Position numbers and translations under genes: made by a program. Shown here piece by piece: positions 46,543 through 59,770 of a stretch of 64,000 bases of DNA. The DNA lies in assembly GCA_951406725.2 (NCBI GenBank), contig OX597819.1, positions 64,790,001 to 64,854,000 of the forward strand. The letters are read 5' to 3'. How positions within the stretch are numbered: the first letter of the stretch is position 1; the number at the start of each line of letters is the position of its first letter. Source of the stretch: Octopus vulgaris. Its lineage: Eukaryota. The notes under the pieces were generated by a model. That model saw nothing but the letters and a program-made list of their open reading frames with translations, had not been told where the DNA came from and made no database searches.

Positions 46543-46919
46543 CAGATAAATAAACAAATATAAATAAATAACTATATTATTTTTTTTTTGCTTAGATTTT
46601 TTAAAATTTATTATTATTATTACTAGTATTGTTGTTATACATACATACATACATACATACAAGCATATGTAATGATAATAATAAAGAGATGTAAACACAT
46701 GAAAAAAAAGAATAAACCAAAACAACAACAACAAAAACAAATTACATGAACGTATATAAACAGAAGATACAAATATTACAGGCATCCCCCCCACACAGGC
46801 ACTAAATAAACATAGACGCACATAGAGATATAAGCATGCGAAAATGAAGACATACAATAGAAATACAAAATGGCTGACTGTTAGTAAAGAGATACACAAG
46901 TAAGAAAGAAGAAAACAAA

Positions 46920-46964
46920 GGACCACTGATGCGGTCACAGGAGTGTGACGAAAGAACTCTGGCC
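46920..46964 (+). ncRNA. Minimal type I hammerhead ribozyme of the PLE (A9>C variant)
   Basis: ggacca-CTGATGC-g-gtcac-aggagt-gtgac-GAAAG-aa-CTC-tggcc. Confidence 0.7.
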
Positions 46965-47078
46965 GAAATAACATTAAGATTAATGTAAAAAATAAATAAC
47001 ACTGAAGCAAAGTAACACCAAATATATAGTGCGTGTGTTTTTATTGGCTAAACTGGCAAAATGACCATTCCGAAAGAT

Positions 47079-47146
<68 letters not shown>

Positions 47147-47225
47147 ATATATATATATGCATATGTGTATATGCATATATGTATGTATATATATATATTA
47201 ATATATATATATAAATATATACACA

Positions 47226-47281
<56 letters not shown>

Positions 47282-47286
47282 TACAC

Positions 47287-47332
<46 letters not shown>

Positions 47333-48148
47333 GTGTGTTTGTGTGCGTATAATTAATATAGACAGCCGTATGCAATGTGTAACCAAAATGGAAAGCTATA
47401 GTTACCTATAATTGTGCTTACAACACCTATATTGCTAAGGAGCTAAAATGGTGTAATGCAGTAGCTAAAGCTCATAACATATATATATATGGAATAGAAA
47501 TGCAATAGTGGACAATAAAACATACAAGATAAAGGAGCAGACAGGAAAACAGCAATTAGAGGGACAGGAAAAGAAAGACGCGTCATTCGTGACATTTCGT
47601 CAGTCAAGCTACCATATGTCCTTACAGTTTCGAGCAGTTCCGCTTGAGGCTATTCGATCTGTTTGCCCACCACCAGCACCTCCAAAGTCTCAGCATTATA
47701 TCTCTTGCAGAAAGCTAGCGAATGTGTACGACAACAAATACAGAATATTGGAGAACATGGCACACAATTACAAATACAAACAATAAGAATATAACAACAG
47801 GTGTATTTCGACTAATGAGGACGAATCAAATTGATTCGCCGTGTATAGAGCGAAAATCTTGAAGCATGAATATAGGAGATGGACATATGTGGTGTTGGCA
47901 GTCAACAGTCAGACCAAGAAAGAAAGATCATGGTTCGCCGAACACCAGTCACGTGAAAGGAGGAGAGACGGGTATGGGGCAACGGGATAGAAGGATTAGA
48001 AAAAAATCAAACAGACAAAGGGAAAGCTACAGGAGAGATAATCGAGGAGGAAATGAGGGAGTTAAAGAAAGAGAAGGCCAAGAAATGTGAGAGAGGGGGA
48101 GAGAGAAAAAGAAAAGAGAAAGAAAGAATGAGGGGGACTATAGTGTGT

Positions 48149-48313
<165 letters not shown>

Positions 48314-49126
48314 TCTTTGTGTGAGCAATCAATTTCTATAGTTGCCGAAAAATTTCTCATCAACGCTTCATACATGTATCTGCGATTGTGTCTGTAAGTT
48401 ATCATGTAAACAGAAAATTTAGGAGAGAAATAATTTCATTTCCAAATAACAGATTGGAATTTATCTGAATCCTTAAAATATTATTTTCGAAAATAACTAA
48501 ATTAAACAACATTCTCACCACATTACCTCACTGTAATCGTGTTTTCATAAGTGACAATGTAATAGACATCAATAAAATAATTTATTCCATCTAAATCCTG
48601 AACTCTACCCATGTTTTCACACCGTCATTCTCTCTATCATCATCATTTTCTCTCACCCTCTGTGTTTTCTCCCTTTGTGTCTGTTTCCCCTCACTCAATA
48701 CCTGCATGCACAAATATGTACTATTACAAAAAGAGTGGAATGACACTTCTCTGAGATGGAACCGTGTCGTTTTGTGTATATGCACATATACAATTTTATT
48801 GATCACTCAGCTTCGGTGTGTGTTTGTGTGTGTGGGGGTGGGTGGGTGTGTTCGTGCGTGATAGCTTCGTTGTGCGTGTGTTTCAGTGTCTGTGTCTATA
48901 AGCAAAATGTTATTGCCTAATTCATATTTGTCAGCGCCTCTCTCAATTTCTCTCTCCTTCTTCCCGTTAACTCTCATTCATCTTATATATTCTCTCTTCG
49001 CCACTTTGTGTGCGTGGATTTGTGTTTGTGCTACAGGCTAGGTTCATGGTTGATTATAAAGAAATATAATATATTCAAACACATACACACACAAGCACAC
49101 ACATATATGTTGAGCGTGCGCCTCTT

Positions 49127-49189
<63 letters not shown>

Positions 49190-49311
49190 TAATATCTTAA
49201 ATATTAATATGCAAATTTATATGCTTATATATAGATAGATCTGTATATTTGAATATCTATGAATGCATTTATGTATTCTTTTATTTGTTTTATTTTACTC
49301 TTTTATTTTTT

Positions 49312-49539
49312 TTCTTTGTTCAAGTAATTTGACTGTGACCATGCTGGAGCACCACTTTGAGACGAACAAATCGACCCCAGGACTTATACTTTGTGAGCCT
49401 AGGACGTATTCTATCGCTCTCTTTTACCGGGGACACAGACACGCCACCATCGGATGTAAAGCGATTTTGGGGGACAAACAAAAATACACAAACACACACA
49501 CACATAAATACATGCATATATATGTATATATATATATAA

Positions 49540-49588
<49 letters not shown>

Positions 49589-49742
49589 ACGGGCTTCTTT
49601 AACTTTCCGTCTACCATATCCACTCACAAGGCTTTCGTCGGCCCGAGGTCATAGTAGAAGACACTTGCCCAAGATGCCACGAATTGGGCATGAACACGGG
49701 ACCATGCGGCTGGTAAACAAGCTACTTACCGCACAGCCACTC
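49312..49742 (-). mobile_element. SINE family B
   Basis: Same tail, microsatellite and head as 3640-4007. Confidence 0.85.
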
Positions 49743-49765
49743 ATGTGCTTATGTATGTATGTATG

Positions 49766-49809
<44 letters not shown>

Positions 49810-50146
49810 TATATATTTTGGGGTGTGAGTATGTAAGAATGACGAAACAAAAAAGACATATCTATTTGTACACTGATTGGCAGACATTTAGCATCTCTAA
49901 AATCTAATTACAAACCTGAAATGTGAAATGCAATGCAGGAAAATGATTTCATAATTCCAGATATTCATCTTCAAAATTCACAAACAACATAAAAAATAAT
50001 ATTAACGCCCATCGAATATCTATCTATATCTGTCAACCATACCCTAACACCCATTCTAACGCTCATTGTTGCTCTCTCTTTATCGCTCTCTCTCTCTCAC
50101 TATCTGCATCACGTACTCTGTAAGTGCATACATATTTACCCAAAAT

Positions 50147-50311
<165 letters not shown>

Positions 50312-50811
50312 CTGAATATAAACACACACATATTTATATATATATAAATACATATATGTAATCATAATTATAGTTTCATATCTTGCAAATCGACATATAA
50401 AAGTAATCTTTAATCATGAAATCTAAATCCTACGCTCTTTAAAACAGCAATTCCTTTGCACTGTTATAGTTCTATGTTTGAATAAAAGAGAACAAAGAAC
50501 AAAAGAAAATAGCATCAATTTATTTAACGTAAACATTTGACAATATCTGGCAATTTCATCGTATCAAATTGACAATTTATCATATAATGATACTATTATG
50601 TTATCGAATCAGATCATATCTCATATCCAGATGATATATTCAAAAATGAAGAGGACTCCTTAATGGTTGGGTAACTTTTGTTTATTGGCGATTATTGGCG
50701 TTACATAAAGCCGGTTGCTTCGTTACGATTAGTTAGAGAGGGTATTGTAGTATTAATTCACTGTATCAACTATATCAGCCTCCGACGAACAAGCAGTCTC
50801 AAAGAAATGTA

Positions 50812-50884
<73 letters not shown>

Positions 50885-50975
50885 TTGATAGATATATATA
50901 CATATACATATGTATACACATATATATGGATATACATATATAGATACACACACATAGACTCATACGCGTGCACAC

Positions 50976-51048
<73 letters not shown>

Positions 51049-51169
51049 CGCACATATATATACACATCTTAGATTGGTCTTGGCCATTACCGGTCCAGAT
51101 CATGACTATCTCAATAGCACCACTTAGAAAAGTATTTTAATTAATTATTTCGGGACACCATGGTCCACT

Positions 51170-54090
51170 GTAGTAGAGTGAATCAGGGTCATTGAAAACG
51201 GAGCAATATTGACTTTACAGGATCTCAGTCATGTCTTTGGCATCACTGCGAAAGATGCCGTTTCCGTCAATCAGTGGGTCGATAAAGGAAACTGTGGTTC
51301 CATGTGTTGTTGCAATGGGGTAAACGACATTAGGATTTTTTCTTGGTGTTTTTAATAGCCTAGGCTTACGCTGCAGCTCTTTAGTAGCTCATGAGTGTTC
51401 TCATACAATCCTGCAGTTGTTGCTTCCTTGAATCCAAAGTTGATGGCGTTGATGTTGATGGTGGTACTTTAGAGTTTATTCTTTTTATTCTTCTGATGAG
51501 AGCTTTTCTGTTTTGAAATCCTGCATTTACTGTTATTTATGAGTTGCGAGGATGTTGTTTTTGAGCATATGTGGGTGATTGTGTCCTCAAATAGTTGCCA
51601 TGCGTTTGTGTTTGTTGTGGTATTGGAGGAAGCAAGGGTGAAGAACCACTCCATTTGCGATAAGTCTTGAATGATTGCTCTCCAGTTTGACTTGTGTACA
51701 TTCACATTATCAAATAGGTGTACTGGTGTTTGTGTTTTATGCCAAAGTTTTGGATGCTGAAAATTCAGGTTACAGAATACTATGTCATGATCGGACAGGC
51801 GAGTTCTTTCTACTGCGATGCGATGGATAATTTTACATTGATTGCTTAGAATTACATGCAAGACACTTTGGTTGTTTCTGGTTGCTTCGTGGACGAATTA
51901 TGACAGGAAAATATTATCCATATATTTGAAAAGTAACTCCTCTGCTGTTTTGTATGAGCTTGAGTTGAAGGTCCTTAGTCTAACAATATTAGTGGACCAA
52001 TCTACAGAGGATAGGTTGAAGTCGCCCGTCATCAGAATATTTCTTGAGTTATGTTGCAGGAGGGAAGATTTGTGGAGGCATGTAGAGCCCAGTGACAGAC
52101 AGGTCTTTATCCTTGTTGTGTACAGAGTAAAATTGTCTTGGCATCTGCACTGAATGAATGATGGGCGAAAACAGCAAGTCTACCACATCTTTGGTCTGCC
52201 CGGTCAGCGCGAATGGCAGTGAAGTCTCTGATTTTCAGTTCAGCCTCTAAATGAAAGTCGTTTAGGTGGGTCTCAGTTAGGACAAAGTAAGTGATTGATT
52301 GTGAGTATGCTGCAATCCACCCCTCAATGTAAGATATTTTCCATTTTTGAGCCTTGATGGCTGGGTTGATACCTTGGGCATTCAGCCGGTATGATCCTTG
52401 TCCAGACAGCACCGTCGTTGCGTTTCTTCAGGACCAGCACATCATGTTTGTTGTTGTTGTTGATGCTGTTGCTACTCAGTGAAAGTAGCAAGGTTGTTTT
52501 TCGCCTTGGGCTGGTAGTAGAGAATAAATACTTTTCTGGATTTCTTTCGCCAGATTCAACATGGCTAAAAAAGAGGTTGGCAATTCGATTCACTGCAGTG
52601 GTTAGTGCTGGATGCGGCTGCAAATATATTTGTTATTAGATTTATTTTTTCGGCTTGCTTTTCTGTTCCTCATTTTCTGTGGGGGGGAAACGGACCATTT
52701 TTGCAGTAGGAGGCGATGCAGTTATTGTGGTGATTGGACTTTTTGGAGTTGGGCTAAGGAGCAGGTTTGACGTGGTTGCATCTGTTGGTGGGAGCACTCA
52801 GAGTATTACCACTTTTTTTAGTGCCACTATATTTACTAATGGGGCGTCTAAATCCCGATAGGTGGGTAAAAGGGCAGATTTGTTGCAAACATATTCTCTC
52901 ATGAAGAGAATAGCGGCAGAAATCGGGATTTAATTTTTGTTTCTGTAAGAGGAGAGTGATGTGGTTGTCTATTCATGGATATTCCATAGTTGACGTGTCA
53001 AGTTCTTCGGAGGTGAGTGCTGCAAACACATCCTCTCACAGTGGGAATTACGGCAGATTTTTAGGTTTTGTTTTATTTGTGAGTGTAAGATATATAACAA
53101 TTGCTTGTTTACGGAAAATTTGGAGGTGAATGGTTCTGAGAACGGTGTGGTAAGGGTTATTCTTGGTGAATTTGGTTGGGCTAAGATGTTACGCATCATA
53201 TTCGGTTGTAACGGTGAAGGACCGGTAAGGATTGTGCTGCTTGAGACAGTAGCAGTATCTGATGGTGACGATGGCGCCGGCAACAGCACTGGCGTCGATA
53301 ATAGTAGCGGTGATGGTGCTGGTGGTGACGATGGCGATAGCAGTTATGTTGCTTGTGATGATGAGGATGATCGCAGTGGTGTTGTTGGTGATGGTAATGA
53401 TGATGGTAGTGATGTTACTGGTGATGGGTATGAGGAAGTGGTTGTCATGGTAACCATGAAGTGAGCAGATTTTGGTATCAGGGTATTAGTCGGTTGGACA
53501 GTTAATACGCCTGTAGCGGTAGATTGTTTCGGTTTAGTAGAATCGGCGAATATTAAGTTGCTCCTTAACGAGGTGGTAGGATTTCAAAATATGCTTGAAT
53601 TTAGATTCCACTTGTTCTGCTGCTTGATTGTCAAAAAGTGGGGCAGTTTTAGAAGCAGCTTCACTGATGCATAAGCTTTGTGTGTTGGCTTTTTTGAAAG
53701 CTGGCAGAAATGTTAGCATGCCGGGCGAAATGCGTAGCCGTATTTCGTCTGCCGTTACGTTGTGAGTTCAAATTCCGCCGAGGTCGACTTTGCCTTTCAT
53801 CCTTTCGGGGTCGATAAATTAAGTACCAGTTACGCACTGGGGTTGATGTAATCGACTTAATCCGTTCGTCTGTCCTTACTTGTCTCCTTTATGTTTAGCC
53901 CCTTGTGGGCAATAAAAAAATGTATATATATTTTTGGAAAAGTCAAGCCAGCTGTTGAGCGGAATAACGTTATTCTCTGCCCAGTGAAGTTTCTTTGGGG
54001 CTATTTTCCTCATGGTGACAGTAGTTACTGTTTATTTTTCGTTCGTTTTGCTAAGTCAATAATTTAGGTGGATTCTCTCCACGTGTGTGC
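51170..54090 (-). mobile_element. Decayed APE-type LINE (CR1/Jockey group): ORF1 plus AP-endonuclease region, RT absent
   Basis: Minus-strand fragments LNAQGI, VLTETHL, RADR...CGRLAVF, ILMTGDFN and LSDHDIV. Upstream Pro/Ser/Thr-rich ORF1-like region with an ATG at 54013, interrupted by a SINE. Confidence 0.75.
53697..53918 (+). mobile_element. SINE family A, well preserved, inserted in the LINE ORF1 region
   Basis: gctggcagaaatgttagcatgccgggcg...gagttcaaattccgccgaggtcgactttgcctttcatcctttcggggtcgataaattaagtacc. Confidence 0.9.
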
Positions 54091-54147
54091 GTGTTTGAAT
54101 TTATATATATGTGTATGTATGTGTATGTGCACAAACCCAGCCAGTGG

Positions 54148-54328
54148 GCATGATTGACCGCTAAATCCGAATTTTTTTTGTTTGTTTTATTCTCTGTAAT
54201 TTCTCTTATTCCTCTCTGTTGAAGAGCTTAGACTCGAAACGCAAACGACTCTCACCTTCCCAAGCGTCAAACTAATACACCTGCTTATTGTTAACACATG
54301 TCTTCATCTTTTTGTTTTTTGGTAAAAT
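54148..54328 (+). mobile_element. Family H1 element with a degenerate HHR
   Basis: ctct-CTGTTGA-a-gagc-ttag-actc-GAAAC-GCA at 54212-54243. Homologous to 30210-30403. Confidence 0.55.
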
Positions 54329-54450
54329 GGCACTGCTCTGTTTAACATCGTGACAAACACATAAGAGAAAGAAGACATTCAAACAGATCTTGGACAAGTT
54401 CTCCAAACTTTCCCAGGTTTACCACCTACAACCGAATGTATCTTTGCAGC
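54329..54450 (+). mobile_element. Possible CR1-type LINE 3' coding remnant
   Basis: With frameshifts it reads ALFNIV...TFKQILDKF..., resembling the LFN..../FK..LDKFL end of CR1-group ORF2. Confidence 0.35.
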
Positions 54451-54616
54451 CTATATCTTTGTATACGAATGAGCTGTGGGGTCCAAATAATGGCTGTAAT
54501 ATGAAATTTGATAAAATTCCTACGCTAGGTGAGTCATGTGATATATTTAGATATGCCCTGGGCCAATTCCAGCACACCGTATACACATGTATGTGACCTC
54601 GTGAAAACCACTTGCA

Positions 54617-54791
54617 ATTTTTTTTCCTCTGTCCTCCCACCTCGGGATCTTTCTTTCTCCTATGTTTCCGACGAAGAGCTCCGCTCGAAACGTCATACCC
54701 TTCTTCTTCCCTTCTTTCCTGAGCGTCCAATAATACTTTATTTGTTCCACATCCTCGCGTTGTTGTCTTTTTGTTTTCTTGTTTGGATTAA

Positions 54792-54796
<5 letters not shown>
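54617..54796 (+). mobile_element. Family H2 element with a minimal HHR-like motif, followed by (TA)n
   Basis: gttt-CCGACGA-a-gagc-tcc-gctc-GAAAC-GTC-atac at 54664-54698. Near-identical to the rc of 41279-41465. Confidence 0.7.
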
Positions 54797-54878
<82 letters not shown>

Positions 54879-54942
54879 TATATATAAATATATATATATA
54901 TAAGTATATATATATTTATATATATATGCTTATATATATATG

Positions 54943-54995
<53 letters not shown>

Positions 54996-55121
54996 CAGCA
55001 AAATTAAGGAACGGCCATAATAGGCCGTTCAACCCACTAGAAATAACAGCCAAGGCTTCAACCGCAAAATAGTAGTAATTCCGTAAATCAGGAGAAAATT
55101 AAAATACATTTACCCTGTATC

Positions 55122-55223
55122 ACTTTATACAATGCATTGTTTCATCGTTTTTTAATGGTAAATTAGCCTGGTTAAATTAAATCAGGCCAATCTTCTATAG
55201 GCCAACAGATTCATCAGTAAAGT
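55122..55223 (-). ncRNA. Type I hammerhead ribozyme, canonical core, copy 1
   Basis: The rc reads acttta-CTGATGA-atctgtt...aacgat-GAAAC-aatgcatt-GTA-taaagt. Stem III ACAATGCATTGT is palindromic. Confidence 0.9.
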
Positions 55224-55603
55224 AAGCCAGGAGGGAGAGATATTTACACGAGGCAGCACCACTACCGCTTCGGCAATATCTAACCTAAAATTTTCAAAAT
55301 CATCGTACTCGCGCCAATTTATCGGCAGCAAATATAAGCTGCCGATTCCATTTCGGAATTAAACAGAAAATTCATAATTAATCAATATAGGGTAGCAAAG
55401 AAATTCAGCAGAAATTATTTTGCTACCAACGGTCTAGTGAGAAAAAGGAAATAGTCAGATACTATTTATAAATTCAACAGCAAAATTAAGGAACGGCCAT
55501 AATAGGCCGTTCAACCCACTAGAAATAACAGCCAAGGCTTCAACCGCAAAATAGTAGTAATTCCGTAAATCAGGAGAACATTAAAATACATTTACCCTGT
55601 ATC

Positions 55604-55705
55604 ACTTTATACAATGCATTGTTTCATCGTTTTTTAAAGGTAAATTAGCCTGGTTAAATTAAATCAGGCCAATCTTCCATAGGCCAACAGATTCATCAGT
55701 AAAGT
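55604..55705 (-). ncRNA. Type I hammerhead ribozyme, canonical core, copy 2
   Basis: Core and stems I/III identical to copy 1, 482 nt away. Confidence 0.9.
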
Positions 55706-55813
55706 AAGCCAGGCGGGAGAGATATTTACACGAGGCAGCACCACTACCGCTTCGGCAATATCTAACCTAAAATTTTCAAAATCATCGTACTCGCGCCAAT
55801 TTATCGGCAGCAA

Positions 55814-55874
<61 letters not shown>

Positions 55875-55942
55875 TATAGGTATGTATATGCAAATATATT
55901 TGTTTGTATATATATATATATGTATATACACATATATTTGTT

Positions 55943-55987
<45 letters not shown>

Positions 55988-56379
55988 AGAGACATGCAGT
56001 AAGTAAGTAATCGAATTTAATATTCAAAATGTCTGATATTAGCGTCTTAATATGTTTTCAGTGGTGTAGAATTTACAATGTAATTTTTCTTTTTCATTCC
56101 AACTGCCATTATATTAAACATATGCGAAGTGTACCCATGCCACGCGCAAAAAAAAAAAATCAGCAGAACTTTCAGATATTCAGAAGTCGTATTGTTGGGC
56201 AATCTGAGGCTTGCCTTAGCTAGCGAAAATTGCCGAAAATCTTCAAATTTCTCTTGCTACTTTTAATGGAATTATAGTGCAATTCAAAAGCCAAGGAAAA
56301 GACTCGACAGATTCTCGTCCCCGTGTTGTTGGGGCGACAGACACAGACACACAAACGTATACACAAATACACACACGCG

Positions 56380-56475
<96 letters not shown>

Positions 56476-56487
56476 TATACATATATA

Positions 56488-56650
56488 GGACGTGCTTCTT
56501 TTAGTTTCCGTCTACCAAATCCACTCACAAGGCTTTGGTCGGCTCGAGGCTATAGTAGAAGACACTTGCCCAAGGTGCCATGCAGTGGGACTGAATCCGG
56601 AACCATGTGGTTGGTAAGCAAGGTACTTACCACACAGCCACTCCTACTCC
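56488..56650 (-). mobile_element. SINE family B, 5' half
   Basis: The rc contains ggagtggctgtgtggtaag...ggcaccttgggcaagtgtcttctactatagcc (CORE-like ccttgggcaag). Confidence 0.85.
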
Positions 56651-56670
56651 TATTATATATATCGTCGATA

Positions 56671-57630
56671 TCTCTCTCTATATAAACGGCAGTTTGTCTG
56701 TCTGTGTGTCTGTGTGTCTGTCAGGTTGTACCCTCACCCTGACCACGGCTTTCAACCGATTCTGATGAAACTTGACAAACACATAGCCCAATGTCATAAT
56801 TCAAAACTAACGCAGCGACAGTTTTGAAAAGTTCTCCCAGTTCTGAAAAAAATCGATAACTTCGACATGGGGTCGAGAATCAGAAACACAAACCACAGAC
56901 TGTCTAGGGGACGCAACTCGACCTTTTTAACTCTCAACTCCATCAATATCCAGCTACTTGAAGCTATTTCTGGTGATGTTCACGGCTACAAATCTATTGA
57001 TAGGACAGCAGACCCCGCCGAGCTTGCTAATTATCCTGTTGAATTCCTGAAATCACTTGAACCGCCAGGCCTGCCGCCACGCATCCTGAAGTTAAAAGTT
57101 GGAGCGCCCATTATGCTCATCAGGAATTTGGTTCCACCTAAACAGTGCAACGGCACACGTCTGGTTGTGAAACATTTGCCGCCACATTTAATAACGGCCA
57201 CAATACTTACCGGTTGTGGGAAGAGAGAGGACGTCTTCATTCCACGCATGCACCTTCAACCGTCGGGCGCTGACCTACCAATCCACTTCAGGCGTTCTCA
57301 GTTTCCTGTTAAACTCTGCTTCGCAATGTCCATCAATAAATCCCAAGGCCAAACGCTACAAGTTGCTGAGTTACAGTTGGGCGAACAGTGCTTCGCCCAC
57401 GGTCAACTCTACGTGGGCTGTTCACGCGTTGGGAGGCGCAATGATGTTTCCATGTTTTCGCCCAAAGGGACAGCTAGGAACATCGTATACACAGAATTAT
57501 TCGAGTGAAGAGAAGACATTGCAACCTACACATGCGCCTTCCTTCCCTGGAGGGAAAGGACTAGATTGGGATTAGTCGTTGCCTACTAGGGGCTCTTACA
57601 TACCCGGGCAACGCCGGGCTATGCTGCTAG
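56671..57630 (+). mobile_element. Internally deleted Helitron retaining the helicase C-terminus
   Basis: a|TC start, hairpin cccgggcaacgccggg, CTAG|t end and an internal helicase ORF. Confidence 0.9.
56867..57508 (+). CDS. PIF1-family (Helitron RepHel) helicase C-terminal fragment
   Basis: PVEFL.SL.PPGLPP..LKLKVGAPIMLIRNL, CNGTRL, FRRSQFPVKLCFAMSINKSQGQT and HGQLYVGCSRV. No Walker A or Rep domain. Confidence 0.85.
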   Translation: MGSRIRNTNHRLSRGRNSTFLTLNSINIQLLEAISGDVHGYKSIDRTADPAELANYPVEFLKSLEPPGLPPRILKLKVGAPIMLIRNLVPPKQCNGTRLVVKHLPPHLITATILTGCGKREDVFIPRMHLQPSGADLPIHFRRSQFPVKLCFAMSINKSQGQTLQVAELQLGEQCFAHGQLYVGCSRVGRRNDVSMFSPKGTARNIVYTELFE

Positions 57631-59464
57631 TATATAAAATAACAAATGACCCAGGCGCTAGTAATTTCAAAAATTCTCAAACCTACGGAGACAGTTAGGA
57701 AAGACATCTATGACAACCATTGTAAAGCCTCAAATTCCCTCTTGATCCCTCAGCCTAGCATTTTGTCTTCATGCGATCGCATTTAAGATCCTTAATCCCA
57801 CTTGGAGCTTATCCTTAATCCTCTGCATATCTAACACGCAGGCAAGCTACACGGTTATACATAACTATCCGTAATGCACACACTTATATATAACGTTATA
57901 TATTTACGCATGCATGCCACAGAGATGCCTTAGCTGCACACTCATGTACACTAACATGTATCGCAATCCTAACTTGTCAAATGTATTAACCAGAAATAAA
58001 TGAATATACACAAACTTATACCAAACTTAAGCATGCATTAGTTACATGTTAACGAAAGAATCATATATGTGCCACCGGTGATGGCTGTGTATTTGATGCA
58101 TTTATTAAAAGACACGCATGCGTACATAATAAACAATTTGAATTATTTTTCTCAGTTTTCACTCCCCCTGTTATCATGTTTCATGCTGAAAAGAATAAGT
58201 TAATCCTTTCCTTTGGTGGGATCTTTCACTAACGAGCGGGCACCCTCTCACCCTCACGCTCAGACACCAACACAAATACATCCACGTATATTTTCGTGTA
58301 TACATCATGTGCATATTTGTATATATATATATATATACTCGCACACATACACATTAACATATCAAATGTATGCCTCATATGTTCGTGTGTATGTATGCAG
58401 GTCCGTATATATGAATAATGTACGTTTGTGCATACATACATGCATATATATTAGTATGTTTGCATATGCTTACACACGCACACACATATAAAAGGAGAGA
58501 TTTATATAAACATGCATACATACATATATGTACATATATTATTGAATGGCGGTGCCCCAGCATTGCCACAGCTCGTGAGCTGAAACTAGATAAAATATAA
58601 AAATATAAAATATATATATGTCTATATAAATGTCGGCATATAGACACAGATATAAGTATTAGTATATGAATTCATTTATGCCTTTCTGTTTATTACGTAC
58701 TTGTATACATTAACCGATATATATATGTTCATTTTCTCTCATAACTTTGATATAATTTTTTACGAAGTATTTGTTATCAGTAATTTCCACTAATACGAAA
58801 TTAGAACTTCTCGTTATCTATGGCTACAGACGTTTCTGCAATAGAATCCGGCAATTACAAAGGTGTCTTGTGGCGGTAATTGTCATTCAAAATTCATTAA
58901 GTTTGTTAGTGTTTTTTTTCCTTCTTTAGATTGTCTTTTCATACTTCCGGTATCGATAACATAATTGCCACTCAAGTTGTGAAAGTCGATGTAAATGACT
59001 GGAGCCTGGCATATACTGTGTCTCGGTTTACGGAGGTAGAACATTCATTGTTAAGACGTAGAGACAAGAGGAATTAGAGATCATATTAATTGTGAGTGTG
59101 TGTGTGTGTCCGTTAGTTTGCGATTGATTGTGTACAGAGAGCAAAGAGTCAGGAATATAAGGAAATGTAAAATGCTGTTTGCAAATGAGAATTTTCAAAG
59201 TATTTTTCCTACTTTAGTGAACAGAACCATGGTTTCTCATTACTAAAAGTGTATTATTAAAAAGGATTTTGTGTGGAAACTGAAATATAAAATTAATGCA
59301 ATGTAAATTATTGCAATAATTAATTGGTATTTAAGAAAACCATCTTCATATACCCTAATTCACTATCCCCCTCCACTAAACTTTCAAGCCTTCTGGCAAT
59401 AATAGAGCGTATTAATTACATTTGGTTACAAATTATTAGCCTCATAAACGGCCGTACTCTAACT

Positions 59465-59490
59465 TTCTATCTGTCTGTCTGTCTATCTAC

Positions 59491-59576
<86 letters not shown>

Positions 59577-59589
59577 ATCTATCTACATA

Positions 59590-59667
<78 letters not shown>

Positions 59668-59770
59668 CCTACCTATATATCTATCTATCTAGTTATCTAC
59701 TCACCTATCTATCTGTCTATCTACCTATCTACCTACCTATCTATCTATTTGTCTGTCTGTCTATCTGTAT
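59465..59770. repeat. (TATC)n microsatellite
   Basis: Direct reading. Confidence 0.97.

Larger units (their letters stand above)
46273..47083 (+). mobile_element. 5'-truncated Penelope-like retroelement (EN remnant + 3' region with HHR) in (TA)n
   Basis: GIY-YIG remnant followed ~380 bp later by an HHR. (TA)n at 46175-46265 and from 47084. Confidence 0.75.
54996..55816 (-). mobile_element. Retrozyme-like element: 339-bp direct repeats flanking a 143-bp spacer, each repeat carrying an HHR, inserted in (TA)n
   Basis: 54996-55334 vs 55478-55816 (period 482, four substitutions seen). (TA)n at 54795-54994 and 55819-55870. No coding capacity. Confidence 0.88.

Noticed and set aside
49263-49907. 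214-aa ORF
   Set aside because: Antisense read-through of SINE family B plus microsatellites.
56198-56234. ggcaat-CTGAGGC...GAAA-attgcc, an HHR-like outline
   Set aside because: No stem III or cleavage triplet, and an altered core.
56762-56771. ctgatgaaac inside the Helitron
   Set aside because: The core motifs overlap with no stem II. It is ordinary Helitron subterminal sequence.
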